Shown here: in pieces, positions 48,261 to 57,202 of the stretch | How positions within the stretch are numbered: the stretch's first letter is position 1 | Layout of the letters: each line of letters begins with the position of its first letter | NCBI GenBank assembly: GCA_040755995.1 | Contig: JBFMAF010000024.1 | Coordinates: 160,001 to 224,000 of the forward strand | Length of the DNA stretch: 64,000 nt | Direction of reading: 5' to 3' | DNA from: Acidobacteriota bacterium | GTDB taxonomy: Bacteria; Acidobacteriota; CAIWXX01 | Position numbers and translations under genes: made by a program | The notes under the pieces: generated by a model | The model's input: only the letters and a program-made list of their open reading frames with translations | What the model was told of the DNA's origin: nothing | Database searches by the model: none

Positions 48261-50096
48261 ATGAGACGACTGCGGGTTATGGTCGCGCTGGGCTTTGGCT
48301 GGACGACGGCTGTTTGGGCGGCAGACCCCGGGACGGATTCGCCGGACCGCTCCTTCGTTCTCGACACAGAGGCCAAAGCCGTGATTGCCCTGGACGCGAT
48401 AACGGGCAAGACCTCCGGCTCGGTCCAGCTGGGCGGGCAGCCGGATACCATGTTCTGGGCCGCTCATGGAGAGAGACTTGTGGTCATCGATCCGGGCCCT
48501 GGGGAAATGACCGCCCGATCGGGATTCCGTCCGCGAGGAAGATCCTCGATCGCAGTGATCGACCCGACAGAGATGAAGCTCGCGGGACGCACGGAGATCG
48601 GGTGGAACCTCGAGGAGGCCTTTCTCGATCCGGGAGGCGATCGGCTCGTCGCGTTCTGCTCGGGATATCGATCCCAGAAACCGGGGGAGGCTCTGCCACG
48701 CGAGATCTATGTCGTCGACATTGTGCAGGGTCGCGTTGCCGCGCGTGCGAACATGCCTCGGCCGGTCGCCTCTCTCGTCCTCTCGAAGGACGGCCGGACG
48801 ATCATGGCCTTCTCGCCTGCCGAGGAGCCGCAGGAAGGATCATTCACTCCTGCCGAGCTCCGATTCCTGAGCGTCGAAACCGGCGAACTGCTGCTAGAGC
48901 TTCCGCTGAATGGAGACCCCGGGCCGCCCGCCCTTAGCCACAACGGGCATTGGCTATACATTCTGGATCCAGGGCGGCGGGACAAGAAGGACAAAATCGA
49001 CGGCAACCTCCAGGTCGTATCGACCAGCGACGGGACAATCCAGTCGCTGATCGACGTGGGTTCAGAACCAAGCGGCCTTTTCTTCGATGACTCGAGTGAT
49101 CGCGTTTTCTTGCTGAGCAACGGGGCGGCCGGCAAGGACGAGCAGCGCGGCCAGGGCGAGTTGCGCGTCATCGAAGGTGCCCTCCCGGCGGCCACCATCA
49201 GGGTTGGTCCGTCTCCATCGTTCGTGCGGATTTCACCGGACCGTAGCCGGCTTTACGTCCTCGCCCCGGGTCTGTTGACGGCGATCAAGATGCCTGCGCT
49301 GGAGCTCGAGTGGCAGATGGCGCTCGAGTCAGCCGAGGCGATCGTCGCCAAAGGAGGTCTGATCACTCCGCCGAAACACCCGTATCCCGTCGACGAGTTC
49401 GCGATCGCGCCGGACGGAAGATGCGGTTTCGTTCTATACGAAGAATCGAACAAGCTGCAGGTAGTCGACCTCGAGAAGCCCGCACCGGTGGCGACGGTAG
49501 AGACGGGGCGGGCTGCCGTCAGGTTCGCGAAATACCTCGGAGCCGTTGCGGCTACGGCCGCGTCGGCGGCCGCCTCTGCTTACGGCTGGTCACCGGGCGA
49601 CGTGTACACGGTGGCACCTGCCGACACATCGATGGCGATCAGACCGGACGGGAAGTACGTCTACGTGCTGAACACGCAGACCGAGGACGTCACCGTGGTC
49701 GATTCGGCCACAGCGCGGGTTGTTGCCAAGATCGGCGGCGGCGGGGACCGGCTTCAGCTGCTTGGAGGAGGCGACGTCCTCGCAATCCCAGGCTACTCGT
49801 CGCTGCACCTGATCGACACGCGAGCTCAGAAGGCACTCCCGGAGATCCCCATCGACGGGGTCTTGTGGAGCCTTCTGCCCTCTGAGGACGGCCGTCACGT
49901 TCTGGCGGTCGGCGAGAAGGAAGTCATCTGCCTCGACAGCTCCACGGGCCGCATTGTCGCAAAAGCCCGTGGCTTCAGACAAGCTGGTCCCGCGCTCTTC
50001 GATTACCCAAGGCGGCCCGCGCCGGAGCTGGTCGCGCAGACTCAGCCGTCGCCGCAGTCGCAGCCGTTTCCTCGGACGCAACCCGACGAGCAATGA
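48261..50096 (+). CDS. Exported YncE/YVTN-like beta-propeller protein
   Basis: Signal peptide; repeats such as SPDRSRLYV, RPDGKYVYVLN and VTVVD. Confidence 0.8.
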   Translation: MRRLRVMVALGFGWTTAVWAADPGTDSPDRSFVLDTEAKAVIALDAITGKTSGSVQLGGQPDTMFWAAHGERLVVIDPGPGEMTARSGFRPRGRSSIAVIDPTEMKLAGRTEIGWNLEEAFLDPGGDRLVAFCSGYRSQKPGEALPREIYVVDIVQGRVAARANMPRPVASLVLSKDGRTIMAFSPAEEPQEGSFTPAELRFLSVETGELLLELPLNGDPGPPALSHNGHWLYILDPGRRDKKDKIDGNLQVVSTSDGTIQSLIDVGSEPSGLFFDDSSDRVFLLSNGAAGKDEQRGQGELRVIEGALPAATIRVGPSPSFVRISPDRSRLYVLAPGLLTAIKMPALELEWQMALESAEAIVAKGGLITPPKHPYPVDEFAIAPDGRCGFVLYEESNKLQVVDLEKPAPVATVETGRAAVRFAKYLGAVAATAASAAASAYGWSPGDVYTVAPADTSMAIRPDGKYVYVLNTQTEDVTVVDSATARVVAKIGGGGDRLQLLGGGDVLAIPGYSSLHLIDTRAQKALPEIPIDGVLWSLLPSEDGRHVLAVGEKEVICLDSSTGRIVAKARGFRQAGPALFDYPRRPAPELVAQTQPSPQSQPFPRTQPDEQ

Positions 50097-50413
50097 CGCC
50101 GCCAGGCGTGCCGGATGATTGACGGCCGCACCGCGCGCGAGGGAGGGTTTCGAGCTGGTGGTAACCCACCCTGTCCCGCTGTCCCAGCGGCAGCAGGGCC
50201 AGGGCTTGAAACGATCGCCGCCGCCAGCTAGAATGATTGGCTGGCATTTAGTAGATTCTAAGCAATGGGCGCGTGTCTTTCCTCGGGTTGGCAAGTAGGT
50301 GCTTATCGTCGAATCCTTGCCAAGATCTTGTCAGCGGTTCGGGCATGATCAGGACCTAGTATCCCTGTTCAGGCAGCATCGAATGTGTCTACGATCATGA
50401 CGGATAACCAACG

Positions 50414-51886
50414 TTGTTCGGCAGAGCCGCGGTATCGGTGAACATGATGGATCACACGGTTGAGGCCCGAAGGGGGCTCTGTCGGATGGCCAAGGTCAGA
50501 GACGGGGACGAATGCGTGTACGCGGAGATCCTGGAGAACATCAGTATAGGGGCACTGGCGGTGGATGTCATTCACAGAAGAGTCATTTTTCAGAACCGGG
50601 CAGCCACGATGATGCTCGAGGGAATGGTGCCTGGGGACTATGAGGCCCTGAGATCCGTCTTGCCTGAACTGGATGAGTGCATGCCGAGCGATTGCCAGAC
50701 TTCCCCCAGGGCCGCCAGCTACGCAGGCAGGGCCCTCGGCTACAGTATGTACAGGGCTATCGAGGGGTACTACTGGGTGTTCCTTCGCGACATCACGGAG
50801 CGCATCGCGAAGGAGCAGGAGCGTCTCCTCTTGACGGCGGCGGTGGAGTCCGCTGATCAGGCAATCGCGATTGCAGACAGAAACGGGATCATCAGCTATG
50901 TGAACTCGGCAGTCGCGCGGATCACCCGTCACGTAAGAGAGGAACTCATCGGTCAGCACATTCAGGTCCTCGTCAGAGACCGGGACAACGACGCTGAGCG
51001 CTTCCAGAAACTGTCGGCGATAATGGGGAAGGGCGAGGTGTGGAGCGACCGAATGACTGCGCGTGGAGGCGACGGGTCGCTCTACATTGCGGACATGACG
51101 ATCTCACCAGTTAGGGATGCATCCGGAGAGATCATCAATTACGTCGTGTTTCAAACAGATGTGACTGAGAAAGCCAGGCTGGAGTCCATTGCCGAAGCAG
51201 TCGACTTGATGAACAACGCGGGCTGCATCTTCGCGGGGATCAGGCATGAGATCGGCAATCCGATCAACTCGATAAAGATGGCGCTGAGTGTACTCAAGGC
51301 CAATCTCGACAGTTACTCCAGGGAGGCAACGGCGGTCTATGTCGACAGAGCACTGTGTGAGATCGCGAGGGTGGAGTATCTTCTGAGGGCTCTGAAGAGC
51401 TTCAACCTGTATGAGAGACTCAGCATTGAGGACGTACCGGTGGCGGTGTTCATGGCCAAATTCCTCTCGCTTGCACGGGGTGATTTCGAGAAGAGAGGCG
51501 TCCAGATACGGTGTGTCATTCATCCTGAAGTCGACGGCGTGCGCGCCGATCCCAGGGCGCTCCAGCAGCTCTTACTGAATGTCCTGGCCAATGCTTCGGA
51601 TGCCTTGGAAGGGGTCGATGAACCCAAAGTGGTCATTAGCATCTACCAAGTGGAAGGGCGGGTTAGGATGGCCGTCACTGACAACGGTCAAGGCATTGCA
51701 GAGGAGGACATGGACCAACTGTTCAAGCCGTTCTTCACTACGAAGACCAGCGGGACAGGGCTTGGCCTCATGCTCACGAGAAAGATGCTCGCGAAAATGG
51801 GTGGAACCATAGAGATCACAAGCTGCAGGGACGCGGGAACCATCGCGGAACTGGACCTGCCTGGATGCGAATGTGGGCAGCGATAG
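50414..51886 (+). CDS. PAS sensor histidine kinase (start uncertain)
   Basis: PAS/PAC region; RHEIGNP, NASDA, DNGQG, FFTTK and GTGLGL motifs. Confidence 0.93.
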   Translation: MFGRAAVSVNMMDHTVEARRGLCRMAKVRDGDECVYAEILENISIGALAVDVIHRRVIFQNRAATMMLEGMVPGDYEALRSVLPELDECMPSDCQTSPRAASYAGRALGYSMYRAIEGYYWVFLRDITERIAKEQERLLLTAAVESADQAIAIADRNGIISYVNSAVARITRHVREELIGQHIQVLVRDRDNDAERFQKLSAIMGKGEVWSDRMTARGGDGSLYIADMTISPVRDASGEIINYVVFQTDVTEKARLESIAEAVDLMNNAGCIFAGIRHEIGNPINSIKMALSVLKANLDSYSREATAVYVDRALCEIARVEYLLRALKSFNLYERLSIEDVPVAVFMAKFLSLARGDFEKRGVQIRCVIHPEVDGVRADPRALQQLLLNVLANASDALEGVDEPKVVISIYQVEGRVRMAVTDNGQGIAEEDMDQLFKPFFTTKTSGTGLGLMLTRKMLAKMGGTIEITSCRDAGTIAELDLPGCECGQR

Positions 51887-53279
51887 GCCCCCAAAGACGC
51901 TGCTGCTCATCGATGACGACCAGCTCCTCTGCGATGCAATCAAGGATAGCATCGGCAAGGGGCAGATCGAGGTGCATGCGGTAAGGACCGGCGCAGAAGG
52001 GCTGGCCTTCTGTGCGCGCCGACGGGTAGACGTTGTTCTTCTTGACCAGAAGCTGCCGGACGTGAGCGGCCATTCTCTCTGCGCCTCCATCCTGAAACCC
52101 AACGAAATGACCAAGATCGTCTTCATCACCGGCTACCCCAGTATGGAGAATGCTGTGGAGGCCGTAAGGGCGGGGGCCTATGACTACCTCTCCAAGCCCT
52201 TCGAGCTGGAGGAGCTGCGGCTGGTTGTGGAGCGTGCCTTCAAGGCGCTGGAGATGGAAAACGCTATGGATCTGCAGAGCCACAGAAGCGAGAAGGAGAA
52301 TCAGGAGGCCGTGCTGGTGGGACGGGGGCTGGATAGCGTCCGCGTCCTGGTCAATCTGGCCGCGTCCACGCCCGGCGCCCCGGTTCTGATCACGGGCGAG
52401 ACTGGGACGGGAAAGAACGTCGTAGCGAAAGCCATTCACCACAAGGGACCGACCCACAGTAGCCCGTTCGTCGCGGTCAACTGTGCGGCTCTGCCTGAGA
52501 GCCTCATCGAGGCGGAGCTGTTCGGGTACGAGAGGGGCGCGTTCACCGGCGCGACCTCTGCCAAGAGGGGGCTGTTTGAGCTCGCTGAAGGCGGGTCTCT
52601 GCTTCTAGACGAGATAGCGGACCTGCCGCTTCATCTTCAATCAAAGCTGCTGGGCGTGCTGGAGGAGAGGGCCGTAAGAAGAGTGGGCGGCGAACTGGTG
52701 AGACCGGTCGACGTACGCGTCATCGCAGCTACGAACCGCAATCTGGAAGAGGCATTCGGCAGGGCTCTGCGAATGGATCTGTACTACCGCCTGAGTGTCA
52801 TGAGGGTACATATCCCCCCTCTCAGGGATAGGCGCGAAGACATACCGGAGCTCTGCCAGCACCTGCTCGAGAGAACCGCGGGCGGTGGCATGGTTCAGCT
52901 TCCCGACACGGAGCTGGAGAAGCTGATGCAATACGATTGGCCCGGGAATGTGAGGGAGCTGAAGAATATCCTGGAACGGGCTGTTGTTCTCCGGAAAGAG
53001 TCCCCGGTCTGGCCCTCAGAACTGCTCGGGATGACAGATGTTGCAAGGCCACCAATGACTGCGGCGGGCACGGTACTTCCTCTTGAAGAGGTGGAGAAGC
53101 GCAGCATCAAAGATGCCCTCGAAGCGCTCGGCTACAATTACACCAGAGCGGCGAAGGCCCTCGGAATCTCGCTCTCCACGTTGAAGAGGAAGGTAGGCCA
53201 CTACGGCTTGCGGCCGGGGACCGCGCAGGTCGAGAGGACTGCTGCCAGCCGACCCAGGATGAGCGGGCATCTAGAATGA
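51873..53279 (+). CDS. Sigma54-dependent NtrC-family response regulator
   Basis: REC domain; GETGTGK, GAFTGA, LLDEI and WPGNVREL motifs; Fis-type HTH. Confidence 0.96.
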   Translation: MGSDRPPKTLLLIDDDQLLCDAIKDSIGKGQIEVHAVRTGAEGLAFCARRRVDVVLLDQKLPDVSGHSLCASILKPNEMTKIVFITGYPSMENAVEAVRAGAYDYLSKPFELEELRLVVERAFKALEMENAMDLQSHRSEKENQEAVLVGRGLDSVRVLVNLAASTPGAPVLITGETGTGKNVVAKAIHHKGPTHSSPFVAVNCAALPESLIEAELFGYERGAFTGATSAKRGLFELAEGGSLLLDEIADLPLHLQSKLLGVLEERAVRRVGGELVRPVDVRVIAATNRNLEEAFGRALRMDLYYRLSVMRVHIPPLRDRREDIPELCQHLLERTAGGGMVQLPDTELEKLMQYDWPGNVRELKNILERAVVLRKESPVWPSELLGMTDVARPPMTAAGTVLPLEEVEKRSIKDALEALGYNYTRAAKALGISLSTLKRKVGHYGLRPGTAQVERTAASRPRMSGHLE

Positions 53280-53329
53280 GCCATCCGAACTGACCTACCG
53301 CCGCGGCGGTCGGCAGGTCGGGCTGGGTG

Positions 53330-53387
53330 TAACTCGTTGATTCTGGCGGCTCGCCTTTAGCAAGACGGCCTTGGCATCCAACCTGCT
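53330..53387 (+). promoter_or_regulatory. IHF site plus sigma54 (-24/-12) promoter
   Basis: AATCAA-CGAG-TTA on the minus strand (53330-53342); TTGGCATCCAACCTGCT (53371-53387) with correct GG-N10-GC spacing. Confidence 0.75.
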
Positions 53388-53404
53388 CACTTGAATTCCC
53401 GAAT

Positions 53405-54577
53405 ATGGCAGCAGGTAGGGGCGCGAGAAGAGTACTGATCGTCGACGACGAGAATTCATTCCTTCTCAGCTTGTCCGAGGGGTTGGCTCGCTACGCCGAG
53501 AGATTCGAGGTAGTGACCGCCGAGAACGGAGATAGGGCGCTATCCATACTCAATTCGACCAGCATTGACCTCGTGGTTACCGATCTCAAAATGCCCGTGC
53601 TGAATGGGTTCGAGCTGTTGGCGCACCTCCGCAAGGAACACCCGAGAACGCCGGCCATCGTGATGACGGCATTTGGGGGCCCCGAGCTGGAGGCAAAGCT
53701 GATGAAATCAGGCATAATTCAGTACGTCGAGAAGCCGGTGGATTTCCAGGAGCTGGCAGACAGGATCCTTGAAACCCTTGAAGGGAAGTCCAAAGGATTC
53801 CTCCAGGGCATTCCGCTGTCAGCTTTCATACAACTCGTGGAAGTCGAGAAGAACACGTGCATCATAGGAGTTCGATCCGGTGAGAAGGTCGGCTATCTCT
53901 ACTTCGTCAAAGGCAACATGGTGGACGCGGAGGCCGGCGACAGCGTGGGGGAGGAAGCCGCATACGACATTCTCGCCTGGGAGAGCGTGGAGATAGAAAT
54001 GGCCCCCCTCCCGGGACGTCGTAAGAGGAGAATCGACCTCGCACTGAATCACATCCTTTTGGAGGCATTCAGGCTCAAGGACGAGAAGGCCCTGAGTATT
54101 GACACCGTCCAGGACACCGTAGTCGCCGCGGGAGACATCGATGAGTCGGATCTCCTGGGCCTGTGGGCAGACCGAAGAGCAATCGCATTACTAACAAAGG
54201 AGGCAGAGATGGCTCTCGAAAAACACATCCAGGTTCTCAAGGAAATCAAGGGGTACAAGGCCGCCGGCATCATGCAGTTCACCGGCGAGATGCTCGCACA
54301 CCATTCCGACGATCCCAACATCGATCTGGGCCTGGTGGGCGCCACGTTCAACGACATCTTCCGAACGGCCCATGAGGCGTCCAAGAAGATCGGGCTTGAC
54401 GCGTGCAGGGAGGCCACGATAGTGACCCCCAAGGGGATCGTCATCATGCGGTGCTCGGGAACCGACGCGAAGGTGCATTTCCACGTGATCGCGGTGCTTG
54501 CGGCGGACGGAAATCAGGCGCTCATGAAGATGCAGATCGACAAGCTAATCTCCCCTGCCATGGCCGAGCTTGCCTAG
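53405..54577 (+). CDS. Response regulator: REC + DUF4388 + C-terminal Roadblock/LC7-like domain
   Basis: LIVDDE and TDLKMP; GFLQGIPLSAFIQLVEVEKNTC...GYLYFVKG; roadblock-like tail; internal RBS and ATG at 54209. Confidence 0.85.
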   Translation: MAAGRGARRVLIVDDENSFLLSLSEGLARYAERFEVVTAENGDRALSILNSTSIDLVVTDLKMPVLNGFELLAHLRKEHPRTPAIVMTAFGGPELEAKLMKSGIIQYVEKPVDFQELADRILETLEGKSKGFLQGIPLSAFIQLVEVEKNTCIIGVRSGEKVGYLYFVKGNMVDAEAGDSVGEEAAYDILAWESVEIEMAPLPGRRKRRIDLALNHILLEAFRLKDEKALSIDTVQDTVVAAGDIDESDLLGLWADRRAIALLTKEAEMALEKHIQVLKEIKGYKAAGIMQFTGEMLAHHSDDPNIDLGLVGATFNDIFRTAHEASKKIGLDACREATIVTPKGIVIMRCSGTDAKVHFHVIAVLAADGNQALMKMQIDKLISPAMAELA

Positions 54578-54590
54578 GACCCCGGGACGT

Positions 54591-54618
54591 TGGGGAGGGG
54601 GCAGGATCTCCCTCCCCA
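54591..54618 (+). terminator. Stem-loop after the response regulator gene
   Basis: TGGGGAGGG / CCCTCCCCA perfect 9-bp stem; no U-tract. Confidence 0.35.
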
Positions 54619-54642
54619 CCTCGGCACACGCGGGCCTGACCG

Positions 54643-54975
54643 GTGAATATCGTCGGAGAGATGAAGTGGTTCCTCGGTGACGACTACGCGCAGATCAGGT
54701 TCTCCGAGAGCACCCGCTCGTTCTCCGTCGACATTGTGATGGTTCCCGCTGCTCACCGCGGTCAAGGGATTGGCACCACGCTGATTCAGCACATCATCCA
54801 TCTCGCAGATTGCATGGGCAAGGATGTCTACCTCTCCGCGCGACCGATCGGGTCCTTCAGTGCCGAGAAGCTTGATCGGCTGGTAGCCTACTACCGGCGG
54901 CTCGGATTCGAGGTCATCGATACAGGTCTCACCGTCAGCCACATGCGAAGGGAGCCGGCCGCTCGCCCGGGGTGA
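54643..54975 (+). CDS. GNAT family N-acetyltransferase
   Basis: VPAAHRGQGIGT acetyl-CoA motif; YYRRLGF. Confidence 0.85.
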   Translation: MNIVGEMKWFLGDDYAQIRFSESTRSFSVDIVMVPAAHRGQGIGTTLIQHIIHLADCMGKDVYLSARPIGSFSAEKLDRLVAYYRRLGFEVIDTGLTVSHMRREPAARPG

Positions 54976-54985
54976 GTCCGTCGGA

Positions 54986-55201
54986 GGGTGTGATACAAAG
55001 GCTTTGGTGAACGTCGATGGCGGGTATGCTTGCGAACCCGGGAATCCGCAGATGACCCGGGTTTCGCGGATTTCGCAGAGGAGACCCCTTCTTGAAGGCG
55101 ATTTCCATCTGCTCAATCTGCCTGGTCTGTGCGATCTGCGGATGTGTTCCCGTCGGTAGCTGGCTGGAGGGCCGACTCACCAAGGGCCAATGATCACACC
55201 C
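54986..55201. mobile_element. MITE-like non-coding element, copy B (inverted relative to copy A)
   Basis: Ends GGGTGTGATACAAAGGCTTTGGTGA and TCACCAAGGGCCAATGATCACACCC; homologous to 20841-21053. Confidence 0.7.
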
Positions 55202-55471
55202 GTCGTCAGATTGGACCTTCCGCCCAACCTGCATTCTGTGGTAGAGTCGGCGCGGTTGAGACATGGTGTACCGGATGGCTTCGGCTGCTGCACGCTCGCG
55301 ACCGGTTGTTCGTCCTGTCGATCTCCGCGCGCCCGGTCGCGTCCCTGACGGCGTACAGGTCCACGTCAGATTCTTGAATCGATTCAGCGGACTCTGATCC
55401 GCGCCCCTTCCTCATTTTTCTTTTCAGCTGCACGTCAACCTTAGTTGTTCCTATCCTCTGGAGGTATTGCG

Positions 55472-56614
55472 ATGAGAAAAGTGGTGGTCTTGGGATGCGG
55501 CCTGGTCGGCGGACCGATCGCGGTGGACCTGGCAAAAGATTCCGCCTTCGGTGTCCTGGTGGCGGATATCAGCGCCGAGGCGCTGGAGAAGGTTGCCACG
55601 AGGGGGCCGGTAGCTACAGTCGTGGCGGACCTGCGCGATAGCCAGCGCGTGCGGGAGCTCGTTGCGGACTGCGAGATCGTCGTCAACGCCGTGCCCGGTT
55701 TCATGGGGTTCGATACGCTGAGGACGATCATAGGAGCCGGCAAGCCGGTCGTGGATATCGCCTTCTTTCCCGAAGATCCGTTCTTGCTGGACGCGTCGGC
55801 TCAGGCCAACTGTGTCACCGCTGTCGTCGACTGCGGTGTCGCGCCGGGCATGAGCAATATCCTGAGCGCCCACGCGTTGCGGAAGCTGGATACGGCCGAT
55901 GACATCGTGATCTACGTCGGCGGGCTCCCGCAGGTTCGCGAGTGGCCATACGAGTACAAGGCTGTGTTCTCCCCGCTGGATGTGATCGAGGAATACACGC
56001 GACCTGCGCGGTACGTCGAAGGAGGCCGCGAAGTCATTCGCCCGGCGCTGTCGGACCCCGAGTACATCAACTTCGCGGGTGTCGGCACTCTGGAAGCGTT
56101 CAACAGCGACGGACTGCGGACGCTCATCCGGACGATGCAGGTGACGAATATGAAGGAGAAGACGTTGCGCTACCCGGGCCACATCGAGAAGATCGCGGTG
56201 CTGCGCGAGACCGGCTTCTTCGGCAAGGAGCCGATCGAGATCCAGGGCAAGATGGTGCGGCCGCTCGATTTCACCGCCAAAGTGCTGTTCCCGAAATGGA
56301 AGCTGCTGGAAGGCGAGGGTGATGTGACGGTGATGCGCGTGACGGTCACCGGCGAGAAGAACGGCACGAAGGTCGTGTACACATACGACCTGCTCGACCG
56401 CTACGACACTGCAACCGGGACGACGTCAATGGCAAGAACCACCGGCTACACAGCCACCGCCGCGGTGCGCATGTGGGCTCAGGGGCTGTACAATCGCGTC
56501 GGCATTTCGCCGCCCGAGTACATTGGCGAGCGGACTGAGTGCGTCGAGTTCATGTTGAAGGATCTGGCTTCGCGAGGAGTGGTCTACCGCGAGACGAGCG
56601 AGATCAAAGGCTGA
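55472..56614 (+). CDS. Saccharopine dehydrogenase family protein (lysine 6-dehydrogenase-like)
   Basis: GCGLVG, DCGVAPG, YVGGLP, IEEYTRP, KTLRYPGH and SMARTTGY motifs. Confidence 0.92.
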   Translation: MRKVVVLGCGLVGGPIAVDLAKDSAFGVLVADISAEALEKVATRGPVATVVADLRDSQRVRELVADCEIVVNAVPGFMGFDTLRTIIGAGKPVVDIAFFPEDPFLLDASAQANCVTAVVDCGVAPGMSNILSAHALRKLDTADDIVIYVGGLPQVREWPYEYKAVFSPLDVIEEYTRPARYVEGGREVIRPALSDPEYINFAGVGTLEAFNSDGLRTLIRTMQVTNMKEKTLRYPGHIEKIAVLRETGFFGKEPIEIQGKMVRPLDFTAKVLFPKWKLLEGEGDVTVMRVTVTGEKNGTKVVYTYDLLDRYDTATGTTSMARTTGYTATAAVRMWAQGLYNRVGISPPEYIGERTECVEFMLKDLASRGVVYRETSEIKG

Positions 56615-56735
56615 GCCGTAAGCAGGAGAGTGGGCGTGGCACAGCCGCGCCACTCCACTACTGCTGCCGGCAGCGCGGTTGTGCGTGGCAGAGGACCAGC
56701 ACGTAGCACCGCGCGGGACTGCGGTCTACCAGGCA

Positions 56736-57137
56736 CTACTCCTGAGCTGGCTGGAATCCGATCTTCTTCTGCACTGCGTCCGGCAGGCCTGCGAGAATCC
56801 GGCCATGATCCGCGAGAATCCGGCCCTGCTCCGTGAGAATGCGGCCATGGTCCGACAGAATGCGCGTGTGCTCGCTCAGCACGCTTATTACCTGGTCCAG
56901 CTTGACCTCGACAACATCCATGCGCCTCGCGAGTGCCAGCCATTCCTTGCGCAGTTCCGAGAGCTCGGCGTCATGCTCTGCATGGCGCATGATGAACTCC
57001 TTGCGGATCTCCGCAATCTCCGCATCATGCTCCGCATGCCGTTTGACTGTCCAGGCCTGCAACGCCAGCAGCTCCGACATCTGTTTCTCCAACAGATCCT
57101 GCCTGCCCCTTGACCCGCCGTTCCTGCGCGATGGCAT
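56736..57137 (-). CDS. Small coiled-coil heptad-repeat protein
   Basis: GGAGGT RBS; RHAEHDAE repeat x2; four 21-nt tandem repeats at 56793-56876; KKIGF near the end. Confidence 0.75.
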   Translation of the reverse strand: MPSRRNGGSRGRQDLLEKQMSELLALQAWTVKRHAEHDAEIAEIRKEFIMRHAEHDAELSELRKEWLALARRMDVVEVKLDQVISVLSEHTRILSDHGRILTEQGRILADHGRILAGLPDAVQKKIGFQPAQE

Positions 57138-57202
57138 ACTCACCTCCGCATCAAGTATAGCCCACATACGACCCGTGTACCAAGGAGTCGAGCCACCGCG
57201 GC

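Noticed and set aside
20841..55201. The two inverted MITE copies as ends of one 34-kb composite transposon or invertible segment
   Set aside because: The copies are clearly diverged, each has its own TIRs, and the enclosed region is mostly ordinary chromosomal genes.
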